A DNA stretch of 64,000 nt from Corallococcus sp. RDP092CA (GTDB taxonomy: Bacteria > Myxococcota > Myxococcia > Myxococcales > Myxococcaceae). This document shows, one piece after another, positions 51,125-62,766 of this stretch. The notes beneath the pieces are model-generated. The model searched no databases and had not been told where the DNA came from. It saw nothing but the letters and a program-made list of their open reading frames with translations. The translations under genes were made by a program, and so were the position numbers. The stretch spans positions 224,643-288,642 of the forward strand of contig NZ_JAYESI010000001.1 in the NCBI RefSeq assembly GCF_041903675.1. Direction: 5' to 3'. How positions within the stretch are numbered: the first letter of the stretch is position 1; each line of letters opens with the position of its first letter.

Positions 51125-54100
51125 GCCACCAGCCGGTTTCCGCAGAGGCGCCCAACCGCGACGAGCTGCTCCAGCGCGCCCTGGAGCGCATCCGCGAGTT
51201 CCGCGGGAAGCTCGACGCCGTCGAGTCCCAGCGCTCCGAGCCCATCGCCGTGGTCGGCATGGCCTGCCGCCTGCCGGGAGGAAACGAGGACCCCGCCTCG
51301 CTGTGGCGCTTCCTGCGCTCCGGAGGCGACGGCATCCGCGCGTTCCCGCCGGAGCGCGGCGTGGCGACGACCCCCGAGGGGCAGCCCTTCCGGGGCGGGT
51401 TCCTGGAGCAGGTGGACCGGTTCGACGCGGGCGTGTTCGGCATCTCCCCGCGCGAGGCCGCGACGCTGGACCCCCAGCAGCGCCTGTTCCTGGAGGTGAG
51501 CTGGGAGGCGCTGGAGAACGCGGCGCAGCCCTTCGACAAGCTCGAAGGGAGCCTGGCCGGCGTGTTCGTGGGCATCACCAACTACGACTACTGCCAGAAG
51601 CTGATGCAGGAGACGCCGCTGGAGCAGCTGGACGCCTACTGCCTCACCAGCAACGCGTCCACGTTCGCGGCCGGGCGCCTGTCGTACTGGCTGGGCCTGC
51701 GCGGTCCCAGCCTGTCCGTGGACACGGCCTGTTCATCTTCCGCCGTCGCCCTCCACCAGGCCTGTCAGGGCCTGCGCGCGGGAGAGTGTTCGCTGGCGCT
51801 GGCGGGCGGCGTCAACGTGCTGCTGTCCCCGGAGTGGTTCGTGGTGCTGTCGCGCGCGGGCATGCTGTCGCCGGACGGCTACTGCAAGACGTTCGACCGC
51901 GACGCCAACGGCTACACCCGGGGCGAGGGCTGCGTCGTCTTCGTGCTCAAGCGCCTGTCGGACGCGGTGGCGGCGAAGGACCACATCCACGCGCTCATCC
52001 GGGGCTCGTGCGTGAACCAGGACGGCCGCAGCGGCGGCCTCACGGTGCCCAACCCGGCCGCCCAGCAGGACGTCATCCGCGGCGCGCTCAAGGCGGCGCG
52101 CGTGGGGGCGGACCGCGTCAGCTACGTGGAGACGCACGGAACGGGGACGCCGCTCGGCGACCCGATAGAGGTCCGCGCGCTGGGCGCGGCGCTGGGCGAG
52201 GGCCGCGCGGAAGGGGACCGGATCCGCATCGGGTCCATCAAGGCCAACATCGGCCACCTGGAGCCGGCGGCGGGGGCCGCGGGGCTCATGAAGGTCATCC
52301 TCGCCCTCCAGAACGAGGAGCTGCCGCCCCAGGTGCAGTTCCGGGAGCTGAACCCGGAGATCGACCTGGAGGCGCTGCCGGTGGCCATCTCCACGCGGCC
52401 GGAGGCGTGGCCGCGGGCCGCGCGTCCGCGCATCGCGGGGGTGAGCTCCTTTGGCGCGAGCGGCACCAACGCCCACCTGGTGGTGGAGGAGGCCCCGGCG
52501 GTGGTGCGCCCGGCGCGCGCCTTCGAGCCCGGCACCCAGCTCTTCACCCTGTCCGCGCGCAGCCCGGCCGTGCTGGCGCGGCTGGCGGGTCGGCACGCGT
52601 CGCACCTGGCGACGCACCCGGGCCTGCTGCTGGAGGACGTGTGCTTCAGCGTGAACACCGGCCGCGCCCGGTTCGCCGAGCGCGTGGCGGTGCCCGCGGA
52701 CGACCTGGAGTCGCTCCAGCACGCCCTGTCCGCCATCGCGGCGGGGGAGCTGCCCGCGGGCGCGTCCGTTGGGCGCGCGCAGGTGGGGCAGGGGCCGAAG
52801 GTGGCCTTCCTCTTCACCGGCCAGGGCAGCCAGTTCCCGGGCATGGCGGTGGAGCTGTACGCCTCGCAGCCGGTGTTCCGGCAGGCGCTGGACCGCTGCG
52901 CGGAGGCGCTGAAGGCCCACTGGGAGGTGCCGCTGCTCACGCTCCTGCGCGGCGAGGGCTTCACGGCGGGGCTGCTGGATCAGACCCGCTACACGCAGGC
53001 CGCGCTCTTCTCCGTGGAGTACGCGCTCGCCATGCTCTGGCGAAGCTGGGGCGTCGTCCCCGCGGCGGTGCTGGGCCACAGCGTGGGGGAGTACGCCGCG
53101 GCCTGCGTCGCGGGCGTCTTCGAGCCCGAGGCCGCCGTGGCGCTGCTCGCCGTGCGCGGCGCGCTCATGCAGGCGCTCCCGGAGGCGGGCGCGATGGCGT
53201 CCGTCTTCGCCAGCGAGGCCCAGGTGCGGGCGGCGCTGGAGGGGAAGGCCGACCGCGTGTCCGTGGCCGCGGTGAACGCGCCGGACAACATCGTCATCTC
53301 CGGCCAGGCCGCCGCCGTGGAGCAGGTGCTCCAGGCGCTGACGGCGCAGGGCCACAAGCACAAGCGCATCAACGTCTCGCAGGCGTTCCACTCGCCGCTG
53401 CTGGACCCGATGCTGGACGCGCTGGAGCAGGCGGCGTCCGGGCTCACGCTCCGCGAGCCGTCCATCCCGCTCATCTCCAACCTGACCGGCCAGCCCGTGG
53501 ACGCCGGCGCGCTGGGGCCGCGCTACTTCCGCGACCACGCCCGCGAGGCCGTGCGCTTCCAGGCCAGCATGGAGTGGCTGTTCGAGAACGGCTTCGACGC
53601 GTTCGTGGAGGTCGGCCCCGCGCCGCACCTCATCGGGATGGTGAAGCGCTACGCCCCCGCCGGGGACCGCGCCTTCCTGCCGTCGATGCGCAAGGGGCTC
53701 CCCCCCCAGCGCTCCATGCTGGAGAGCGCGGGCGCCCTGTTCACGCGCGGCGCCGACCTGGAGTGGGACCGCCTGCACGCGGGCCTCGAGCCACGCCGGG
53801 TCCCGCTGCCGACGTACACCTTCGACCGGAAGCGGTACTGGTACGCCGCCCCCGCGCCCGGCGCGGGGAGCCGGCCCGTGGCGGCCATGCTGGAGGAGGG
53901 AGGCTCGACGACGCTGCTGGGGAGCCGGCTGCCGTCGCCGCTGCCCGCGGCGCAGTTCCGCGTGCGGTACGACGCGGCTCGGCACCCGTGTCTGGCGGAC
54001 TGCCGGATGGGCGGGATGCGGGTGGTGAACGTGGGCGTCTTCCTGGAGGCCGCGCTCCAGGCCTGGCACGCGCTGACGCCCGAGGGGGGAGCCTGCCGCG

Positions 54101-57100
54101 TGGAGGGCCTGTCGGTGCGGCGCGGGCTCCTCATGGACGAGGAGGAGGCGCGCGTCGCGCACCTGGTGGTGGAGCCCCCGGACGCGAGGGGCGAGCGGGG
54201 CTTCGCGCTCCACAGCCTGCCGCCGGGCGCGTCGGAGGACTCCGGCGCCTGGGCGGTGCACGTGGACGGGCGCGTCGCGGAGGCCCGGGAGGAGCGGGGC
54301 CTGGAGCCCGAGGACGCCATCCTCGCGCGGTGCGGGCAGACGCTGGACGGCGCGGAGTTCTACGCGCGCATGGAGCAGCGCCAGCTGGTGCTGGGGCGCT
54401 CGGCGCGGTGGATTGAGCAGGTCCGCTTCCGCGAGGGCGAGGCGCTCGCGACGATGCGGGCGCCCGACGCGAAGGAGGCGGAGGGCTACCGCGTCCACCC
54501 GGGGCTGGTGGACGCGCTCTTCCAGGCGGTCTTCGCGTGCCTGCCGGGGGACGTGCCCGCGGACGCCATCTACATGATCGTCGAGGTCGCGCGCTTCGTG
54601 GTCGGCCCCGCCACGCCGGCGACCGCGACCCGGGCGCACGTGCGGCTGCGGCCCTGGAAGGAAGGGGACACGACGCTCGTCGCGGACGTGGACGTGGCGG
54701 ACGCGCAGGGCCGCGTCTTCCTGCGCGCGGAGGGGGCGCTGCTCAAGCGCACCACGACCGAAGCGCTCCAGAAGGTGACGCGGGCGGAGGCCACGCCGTC
54801 GGCGCGCGCCGCCCGTCCTGCTGCGTCGGGCCTGCGGGACGTGCTCGCGCGCCTGCTGGTGGCGGAGCGCGCGCCCCGGCTCGTCGAGTGGCTGCGCGGA
54901 CAGGTCGCCGTCATCCTCCGCGCCTCCGCGTCGGACGTGGACGTGGACGCGCCGCTGGCGCACGCGGGCTTCGACTCGCTGATGGCGCTGGAGCTCAAGA
55001 GCGCGGTCGCCAACGAGCTGTCCGTGGCGCTGTCGCTCGGCGGGCTGCTGGCGGGCGCGAGCCTCAAGGCGCTGTGCGCGGAGATCCTGGGACAGCTCCC
55101 GCTGGACGCCCCCGCAGCGCTGGCGCCGGCCGCGAGCGCGGAGCCTGCGTCGGTGGAGGTGCTCCGGCATGACGCGGAGGGGCGCCACGAGCCCTTCGGC
55201 ATGACCGACCTCCAGCAGGCGTACCTGCTGGGCCGCACCCGCTCCTTCGAGCTGGGCGGCGTGTCCACGTACTTCTTCCTGGAGGTGGACCTGCTGGGCG
55301 TGGACCTGGAGCGGCTGGGCGCGAGCCTGGACGTCATCATCCAGCGCCACGACATGCTGCGCGCGGTCGTGACGCCGGACGGGCAGCAGCGCGTGCTGCC
55401 CACGGTGCCCCCGTTCGTCATCCGCACCGTGGACCTGCGGGGGCAGGACGCCTCGCGGGTGGAGCACGCGCTCGCGGCCCTGCGCACGGAGATGGCCACC
55501 CAGGTCTTCCAGACGGACCGCTTCCCGCTGTTCGACGTGCGCGCCACGCGGCTGGACGGCGAGCGCACGCGGCTGCACCTGGGCTTCGACGCCCTGGTGG
55601 TGGACGCGTGGAGCACGTCGCTGCTCTTCAAGGAATGGTCCACGGTGTACCGCGAGGGCGCCGGAGCGCTGCGGCCCATCGACATCACCTTCCGGGACTA
55701 CGTGCTGGGCGTGCAGGCGCTGGAGCAGGGCCCCGCGTACGCCGCCGCGGAGAAGTACTGGCGCGAGCGCGTCCCCCGGCTGCCGCCCGCGCCGGAGCTG
55801 CCCCTGGCCCGGCACCCGGGCACGCTGGAGCTGCCGCGCTTCACGCACCGCTCGTTCCGGCTGCCCAGGGCGCAGTGGGCGCGCTTCAAGGAGACGGCGC
55901 GCGAGGCGGGCGTCACGCCCTCCATGGTGATGTGCGCGGCCTACGCCGAGGTGCTGGCCACCTGGGGCCGCAGCCGCGCCTTCACGCTCAACGTGCTGTT
56001 CTTCAACCGCGTGCCGCTGCACCCGCACGTGGACCGGGTGCTGGGCAACTTCAGCGCCACCACGCTGCTGGAGGTGAACGTGGAGCGCGGCGAGTCGCTC
56101 GCGTCGCGGGCGCAGCGGCTCCAGCAGCAGCTGTGGAACGACCTGGATCAGGCGTCGTTCAGCGGCGTCCGCGTCCTGCGCGAGCTCAACCGGCGCGACG
56201 GCGACATGCGGCGCGCCCGCATGCCCGTCGTCTACGCGAGCACCATCAACTTCCACTCGCGCGAGGGCGACGCGGCCCCGGCCGGCCTGGCCCAGCACCT
56301 GCTCGCCCTGGGCACGGGCGGCGAGGAGATCCACAGCAGCATCCGCACGCCCCAGGTGTTCCTGGACCACCAGGTGGTGGAGGACGGCGGCGGGATCGTC
56401 CTCAACTGGGACGTCGTGGAGGAGCTGTTCCCGGCGGGGATGATCGACGCCATGTTCGAGGCCTACTCGGGCCTGGTGACGCGGCTGGCGGAGGAGCCGT
56501 CCGCCTGGACGGAGCGCACGCGGCTCCTGCTGCCCCCGGAGCAGCTGGACATCCGCCGGCAGGCCAACGCGACGGCCGCGCCCGTGCCGCGGGGCCTGAT
56601 GCATGAGCCCTTCGTCAGGGCCGCGGCGCTCCAGCCGGAGCGGCCCGCGGTCATCACCTCGCGCCGCACGCTCACCTACGGGGAGCTGGACGCGGCCTCC
56701 AACCGCGTCGCGCGGTGGCTGCGGGAGCAGGGGGCCCGGCCCAACGCGCTCGTGGCCCTGGTGATGGAGAAGGGCTGGGAGCAGGTCGTCGCCGCGCTGG
56801 GCGTCCTCAAGTCCGGCGCCGCCTACGTGCCCATCGACGCCCACCTGCCTCCGGCGCGCCTGCGCTACCTCCTGGAGAACACGGGCACCCGGCAGGTGCT
56901 CACCCAGTCCTGGCTCCAGCTGGACCTGACGGGCGTGGAGCCCGGCGCGGTGCTGGCCGTCGACGGTCCGGAGGCGCAGCGCCCCTCGGCGGACGCGCTG
57001 CCGAGCGCGCAGCGCCCGGAGGACCTGGCCTACGTCATCTACACGTCCGGCTCCACGGGCCACCCCAAGGGCGTGATGATCGAACACCGGTCCGCGCTCA

Positions 57101-59160
57101 ACACGCTCCTGGACGTCAACGCGCGCTACGGCGTCGACGCGGACAGCCGCGGCTTCGCGCTGTCGGCGATGAACTTCGACCTGTCGGTGTGGGACGTCTT
57201 CGGCCTGCTGGCCGCGGGCGGCGCGCTGGTCATCCCGGAGCCCGGCGAGCTGCGCGAGCCCGGCCGCTGGCTCCAGCTGGTGCGCGAGCACCGCGTGACG
57301 GTGTGGAACAGCGTCCCGGCGCTGATGGAGATGATGACCGACCACCTGGCCGGCCTGGGCGAGACCTGGCCCCAGCTGAAGACGGTGATGATGAGCGGCG
57401 ACTGGATCCCGGTGTCGCTGCCGGAGCGCATCCGCGCGGTGGCCCCGAACGCCGCCGTCTACAGCATGGGCGGCGCCACCGAGGCGGCCATCTGGTCCAT
57501 CGTCTACCCCATCGGCGACGTGGATCCGGCCTGGCCCAGCATCCCCTACGGCAAGGCGATGCTGAACCAGCAGATGCTGGTGCTCGACGGCGCGCTGATG
57601 CCGTGCCCCACCTGGGTGCCCGGGCAGATCTTCATCGGGGGCGTGGGCGTCGCGCGCGGCTACTGGCGGGACGAGGAGAAGACCCGCAGGAGCTTCATCC
57701 GCCACCCGCTGACGGGCGAGCGGCTGTACCGCACGGGCGACCTGGGCCGCTTCCTGCCCTCCGGCGACATCGAGTTCCTGGGCCGCGAGGACTTCCAGGT
57801 CAAGGTCCAGGGCTTCCGCATCGAGCTGGGGGAGATCGAGAACGCGCTCCTCCAGCACCCGGGCGTGCGCGCCGCCGTCGCGTCCGCCGTGGGGGAGAAG
57901 CGGGGCAACAAGCGGCTCGTGGCCTACGTGGTGCTGGACGCGGAGGCGCCCCCGGCGGTGGACGCGCTGCGCGAGGCGCTGCGGACGAAGCTGCCGGAGT
58001 ACATGGTGCCGCAGACCTTCGTGACGCTGGACGCGCTGCCGCTCAGCGCGAACGGGAAGGTGGACCGCGGCGCGCTGCCGGCCCTGGAGGGCACGCAGCC
58101 GCAGAAGCAGTCCGGCGTCCGGGTGCCGCCGCGCACCGAGCTGGAGACGGCGCTGGCCCGCCTCTGGGAGGGGCTCCTGCCCGGGCCGGTGGGCATCCAC
58201 GACAACTTCTTCGAGGTGGGCGGCAACTCGCTGCTCGCGGTGCGGCTGATGGCGCGGCTGCGCCAGGAGCTGGGCCGGGAGCTGCCGCTGGCGACCCTCT
58301 TCGAGATGCCCACCATCGCGCTGCTCGCCGCGTCCCTGTCCGGGCCCGGAGCGCCGCGGCGCGAGGGGCGGGGCGCGCTGGTGCCCATCCAGCCCTCCGG
58401 CACGAGGCCGCCGCTCTTCCTCGTGCACCCGGTGGGAGGCAGCGTCCTCTGCTACGCGGAGCTGGCGCGGAAGCTGGGGTCGGATCAGCCCGTCTTCGGG
58501 CTCCAGGTGCCCCCCGGCGCGCCGCCCCGGTCCATCGAGGCCATGGCCTCCGCGTACCTGGAGGCGCTGCGCGACGTGCAGCCGCGTGGCCCGTACCACC
58601 TGGGCGGCTGGTCCATGGGCGGCGTCGTCGCCTACGAGATGGCGCGCCAGCTCCAGGCCCAGGGTGACACCGTCGCCACGCTCGCGCTCATCGACGTGCT
58701 CGTCCCGCCGGCGGGGCAGGGCGGGGAGGTCATGGACGAGGCCGCGCTGATGGCGCGCTTCGCCGAGGACCTGGGCGCGCTGGCGGCCCGCCGCGTGTCG
58801 GTGGACGCGGGCGCGCTGCGGGACCTGCCCGCGGAGGCCGTGCTGGAGCGCGTGGTGGAGGACCTGCGGGCGCAGGAGGCCATCGCGCCGGAGCTCGACC
58901 ACGCGACGCTGGGGGCGCACGCGGAGGTGTTCAAGGCGAACATGCGCGCGCTCACCGCCTACCAGGCCCGCCCCTACGCCGGCCGCGTCTGGTTCTGCCG
59001 GGGCGCGCAGCCGGGCGGCGCCTCGCGGCAGAACGCGGAGGCGTGGCTGGGGCTCACCTCGGGCGGCCAGCTCGTGGAGCTGGAAGGCAATCACTACACG
59101 CTGTTCAGCCACGGGCTCGACGCGCTCGTGGGCTCGCTGTCGTCCGCCCTGCGCGCGTGA
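51121..59160 (+). CDS. Hybrid PKS/NRPS: KS-AT(malonyl-type)-DH-like-ACP-Cy-A(Cys-type)-T-TE.
   Basis: ATGA start/stop overlap with gene 2 at 51121-51124. KS has IAVVGMACRLPGG, DTACSSSAVALHQACQGL (Cys near 51731), HGTGTPLGDP and NIGHLEPAAG. AT has GHSVGEYAAAC (about 53085) and QAFHSPL. The DH-like region has an atypical first motif, RHPCLADCRMGGMRVVNVGVF, plus HPGLVDALFQ. ACP has LAHAGFDSLMALEL (about 54970). The heterocyclization domain has FGMTDLQQAYLLGR and FDALVVDAWS (DxxxxD, about 55590). A has LAYVIYTSGSTGHPKGV (about 57050), NFDLSVWDVFG, VWNSVPALMEMM, MMSGDWIPVSLP and SMGGATEAAIWS. T has FFEVGGNSLLAVRL (about 58225). TE has LFLVHPVGGSVLCYAEL and GGWSMGG (about 58612). Confidence 0.95.
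55190..56540 (+). other. Heterocyclization (Cy) domain.
   Basis: The DxxxxDxxS motif FDALVVDAWS replaces HHxxxDG. The N-terminal motif FGMTDLQQAYLLGRTRSFELGG is typical of Cy domains. Confidence 0.85.
58400..59157 (+). other. Thioesterase domain (type I, chain-releasing). It is about 65% identical to the TE at the end of the minus-strand megasynthetase.
   Basis: The pairwise motif alignment is PLFLVHPVGGSVLCYAELARKLG...GPYHLGGWSMGGVVAYEMARQLQAQGDTV against PFFCVHPVGGNVLAYAALAKQLG...GPYRLGGWSLGGVVAFEMARQLQARGEAV. Confidence 0.8.
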
Positions 59161-59213
59161 GCCGTCGCCAGGGTTCCTGCCTCGTTCACGTTTCGTTCAC
59201 AAGGAGTGCAACC

Positions 59214-60164
59214 GTGTTTCATCGTCTGAGTCCGTGGATCCTGGGTGCGGCCCTGCTGGGCCTGGCTGGCTGTTCCGATGAAGGGGAGACCGTGGAGGCC
59301 TGTGTCGACAACAAGGTCCAGAAGATCTCCGAGAAGGAGCTGTCCAAGCGGTTGAAGGACGGCGCGTACCGCGGCACGTGCGACCTGATGGAGAACCGCG
59401 TGTCGTTTGGCGACGGCTACGTGCAGTCCATCGTCCACAGGAACGCGGACGGCTCCGTGAAGGCCATTGGCGTCACGGTGGACCAGGCCGCCATGGACAC
59501 GCTGCCCATGCTGCCCCACCAGCCGACGAACGACGGGCAGACGTGCTGGGACATGAACAACGACGGCGTGACGGACCCGGAGAAGGAGTGCAACGGCGGC
59601 CACGAGCGCGTGCTCTGGTTCCCCAAGATGAAGGACGTCCCCTTCCAGTGGATCATGTTCAACTGGCAGGGCAAGGGCCACGGCCCCATCGGGGCGTTCG
59701 ACAAGGGCCACTTCGACCTGCACTTCTTCATGCAGGACTTCGTGACGCGCAACTTCATCCGCACCGGCCCGTGCGGCGTCTACACGGACTGCAACGACTA
59801 CGCGAAGGCCATCAAGGATCCGCCGGCGCCCTTCTACCCGACGGGCTTCGAGAACCAGAAGGGCGTGTCCGCGCGCATGGGCAACCACCTGGCGGACATC
59901 GCCGAGTCGCCCTTCAACGGTGAGCCCTTCACGCAGGCGTTCGTCTACGGCGCCTACGACGGCCACATCACCTACTTCGAGACCGTCGTCGAGGGCAGCT
60001 TCGCCAGGAGCAAGCCCACCGAGGACTGCCGCCCCATCAAGGCGCCTCCGGCGATGGAGGTCTCGGGCCTCTACCCGACGCGCTACTGCATCCGCTACCG
60101 CGAGGACAAGGGCGACTACCTGATGACGCTCGAGGACTTCGAGTACCGCAACGCCCCGAACTGA
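59214..60164 (+). CDS. Putative secreted lipoprotein of unknown function.
   Basis: AAGGAG RBS (59201-59206) is 7 nt before GTG 59214. Signal peptide with lipobox FHRLSPWILGAALLGLAGCSDEG. Cys- and Trp-rich mature part (..CWDMNNDGVTDPEKECNGGHERVLWFPKM..). The track ORF 59043.. overlaps the upstream TE. Confidence 0.7.
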   Translation: MFHRLSPWILGAALLGLAGCSDEGETVEACVDNKVQKISEKELSKRLKDGAYRGTCDLMENRVSFGDGYVQSIVHRNADGSVKAIGVTVDQAAMDTLPMLPHQPTNDGQTCWDMNNDGVTDPEKECNGGHERVLWFPKMKDVPFQWIMFNWQGKGHGPIGAFDKGHFDLHFFMQDFVTRNFIRTGPCGVYTDCNDYAKAIKDPPAPFYPTGFENQKGVSARMGNHLADIAESPFNGEPFTQAFVYGAYDGHITYFETVVEGSFARSKPTEDCRPIKAPPAMEVSGLYPTRYCIRYREDKGDYLMTLEDFEYRNAPN

Positions 60165-60240
60165 AGCGGTCCCCCAGGCGCGGCCGCGTCCCGGAGCGGT
60201 TCCGGGGCGTGGCCGCGCGTTGCCTCGCCGGAGCCACACC

Positions 60241-62766
60241 GTGAAGAAGACATCCGTCCTCCTGTCCTGGAGGCTGCCGCTGCTCCTGTCGCTGTGGGCC
60301 GCTCCGGCGGGGGCCCACTGGGGCATGCCCGACGAGGCGAGCAGCATCAGCGTGCGCAGTGGCCACGAGGACGACTGGATCATGGGCGACGCGTCCGGCG
60401 CGCTCATCTCCCGCGACCACGGGACGACGTGGCGGTGGATCTGCCCGGAGGGGATGGGCATCGCCATCTGGCGTCCCGAGCGCTACTTCTGGCTGTCGGG
60501 CGGGGCCATCCTGGCGGCGACGGGGAGCGCGCTGGTGCGCTCGGACGACAGCGGCTGCACCTGGACGCCGCACGGCTTCTTCAAGGACACCTGGGTCACG
60601 AGCCTGGCGGTGCACCCGGCGGACGAGCGGCTGCTGTACGTCAGCACCGGCCGGCCGTCGCTGAGCAACGGGCTGTACCGCTCCGAGGACGGCGGCGAGT
60701 CATGGCTCCAGGCGCTCGCGCCGACGCCGGGCTCCCAGTACTCCGCCATCCGCGTCGCCGCGTCGGATCCGCTGCGGGTCTACGCCTCCGGCCAGGACGC
60801 GGAGGGGCAGTTCCTCGTCCGCAGCGACGACGGCGGGCGCGCGTGGACGCGGCTGCCCCAGCCGCTCACCGGCTTCAAGCTCCCGTATGACCTCGTGCTG
60901 CTGCGCGTGAGTGACAGCTCGCCCGACGTGCTCTGGGCGAAGATCTCCGCCCAGGGGCGCGACTCGCTGCTCAAGAGCACGGACGGCGGCGCCACGCTGA
61001 CGCCGGTGATGGACACGTATGAGCGCATCTCCAGCGTGGAGGCGTCCCCGGACGGGCGCACGGTCTGGGTCTCCACGACGACGCGCCTGTTCCGGAGCCT
61101 GGATGAGGGGCCCTTCACGGAGCTGGCGGAGCCGAACGGGAACGCCTGCGCGCTGCGGTTCAACGGCAGGCTCTATGGCTGCGGCCCGGGTTGGATCGGG
61201 GGCTGGGCGCTGGCGCGCAGCGAGGACGAGGGCACGACCTGGGAGCCCCTGTTCAAGCTCGGCGACGTGCAGGGCGCGCACCTCTGTCCCGCCTCGACGC
61301 CGGTGCAGCAGCGGTGTCCGACCCTGTGGCCGCAGCTGGCCACGCTCTTCGGCGCGCCCGAGCCGGATGGGGGCGTGGCCCCGCGGCCGGACGCGGGGCC
61401 CGCGGAGCCACCCTCGGCTTCGGACGGCTGTGCCGCGGCGCCGGGGCTGATGCCGGGCGCGTGGCTGATGCTCGCGGTGCTGGGGCGGCGTCGTGCTCGG
61501 CTTCGCGTGAAGCGGGGCATCGGCGCGGGGGCCCTGCTGGCGCTCGTGTCGCTGGTGGCGGTGCTTGGTGGGTGTGGAGCGTCGGACGCGGAGGGGCCGC
61601 TCCAGGTGCCGGAGCTGGAGTACGGCATTGGCGCGCCGTGGCCCGCGCCCGCGCCGCTGCCGCCGGTGGGGCCCGCCGGGCGGCTGATCATCACCAACAA
61701 CCTGGAGGACACGCTCAGCCTGCTGGACCTGGAGGGGATGGAGTCACCCGCCTGGGGGGAGCTGGCGCGCCTCCCGGTGGGGCTCAATCCGGTGGAGCTG
61801 GAGGGGCCGCACCACACCGCCGTCTCGCCGGAGAACGACTTCTATTACGTGGGCATCTCCAACTACGTGCCCGGCTCCGGCTCCGGGCCGCACGGGGCGC
61901 ATGGCTCGGGGAAGGCGGACGGCTACTGCCTCAAGCTGGACGCGACGACCCACGCCGTCGTGGGGTCCGCGCGCGTGGATCCCAACCCGGGTGACGTCAT
62001 CCTGAGCGCGGACGGGCGGACGCTCTACCAGACGCACTTCGACCTGCTGAGGATCGCGGAGGTGGCCCGCCGGGGAGGCACGGAGGCGGAGATGGACGCG
62101 CGGCTGGCCATCCTCGATGCGCGGACGATGACGCGCACGGCGATGGTGCCGGTCTGCCCCGCGCCCCACGCGGTCCGGCTGTCGTTGGACGGGAAGCGCG
62201 CCTACGTCGCCTGCTGGTCCGACGAGGTGGCCATCGTGGACCTGGAGCGGGCGGATCATCCGGTGCAGCGCGTGAAGGTGGCGGACAACGTCGGCACGGC
62301 GGTGGTGCCCATCCACCAGCCCTACGCGCTCACGGTGTCGCCCACGACGGGCGCGGTCTGGGTCAGCTCGCTCGCGAGCCGCGCGGTGCAGTACCTGGAT
62401 CCGGAGACGCTCACCATGGACCCCGCGCGCACGGTCTGGCTGCCGGGCGCGCCGATGTTCGGGGCCTTCACGTCCGACGGACGGACGCTCTTCATGCCGT
62501 ACCAGTCCGTGGACTCCATCGCCGTCATCGACGTGGCCCACCCGGAGGCGGCGCCCGGGGAGATCCCGCTGGCGGCCAGCGGCTGCCTCAACGTGCACCA
62601 GTTGATGCTCACGCCGGACGAGCGCCATGCGCTGGCGGTCTGCGAGGGAGACCACCTGTCGCCGGGCACGCTCCACGTGGTGTCGCTGGAGGAGCGCCGG
62701 GTGGTGAAGACGGTCCAGGTGGGGCTCTTCCCGGACTCGGTGGCGCTGCTGGGGCGGCGGCCATGA
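60241..62766 (+). CDS. Two-part secreted protein. The N-terminal half is a BNR/Asp-box repeat (sialidase or Ycf48-like) domain ending in a MYXO-CTERM-like sorting signal. The C-terminal half starts with a second lipoprotein signal peptide and carries a YVTN-type beta-propeller repeat domain. This looks like an in-frame fusion of two genes.
   Basis: GTG at 60241 (VKKTSVLLSWRLPLLLSLWAAPAGA signal). Six SxDxGxTW-like BNR motifs: SRDHGTTW, SDDSGCTW, SEDGGESW, SDDGGRAW, STDGGATL and SEDEGTTW. The sequence ..ASDGCAAAPGLMPGAWLMLAVLGRRRARL continues in frame into VKRGIGAGALLALVSLVAVLGGCGAS (GTG 61507). Propeller repeats then follow: LSADGRTLYQTHFD, LSLDGKRAYVACWSDEVAIVD and FTSDGRTLFMPYQSVDSIAVIDV. 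Confidence 0.65.
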   Translation: MKKTSVLLSWRLPLLLSLWAAPAGAHWGMPDEASSISVRSGHEDDWIMGDASGALISRDHGTTWRWICPEGMGIAIWRPERYFWLSGGAILAATGSALVRSDDSGCTWTPHGFFKDTWVTSLAVHPADERLLYVSTGRPSLSNGLYRSEDGGESWLQALAPTPGSQYSAIRVAASDPLRVYASGQDAEGQFLVRSDDGGRAWTRLPQPLTGFKLPYDLVLLRVSDSSPDVLWAKISAQGRDSLLKSTDGGATLTPVMDTYERISSVEASPDGRTVWVSTTTRLFRSLDEGPFTELAEPNGNACALRFNGRLYGCGPGWIGGWALARSEDEGTTWEPLFKLGDVQGAHLCPASTPVQQRCPTLWPQLATLFGAPEPDGGVAPRPDAGPAEPPSASDGCAAAPGLMPGAWLMLAVLGRRRARLRVKRGIGAGALLALVSLVAVLGGCGASDAEGPLQVPELEYGIGAPWPAPAPLPPVGPAGRLIITNNLEDTLSLLDLEGMESPAWGELARLPVGLNPVELEGPHHTAVSPENDFYYVGISNYVPGSGSGPHGAHGSGKADGYCLKLDATTHAVVGSARVDPNPGDVILSADGRTLYQTHFDLLRIAEVARRGGTEAEMDARLAILDARTMTRTAMVPVCPAPHAVRLSLDGKRAYVACWSDEVAIVDLERADHPVQRVKVADNVGTAVVPIHQPYALTVSPTTGAVWVSSLASRAVQYLDPETLTMDPARTVWLPGAPMFGAFTSDGRTLFMPYQSVDSIAVIDVAHPEAAPGEIPLAASGCLNVHQLMLTPDERHALAVCEGDHLSPGTLHVVSLEERRVVKTVQVGLFPDSVALLGRRP

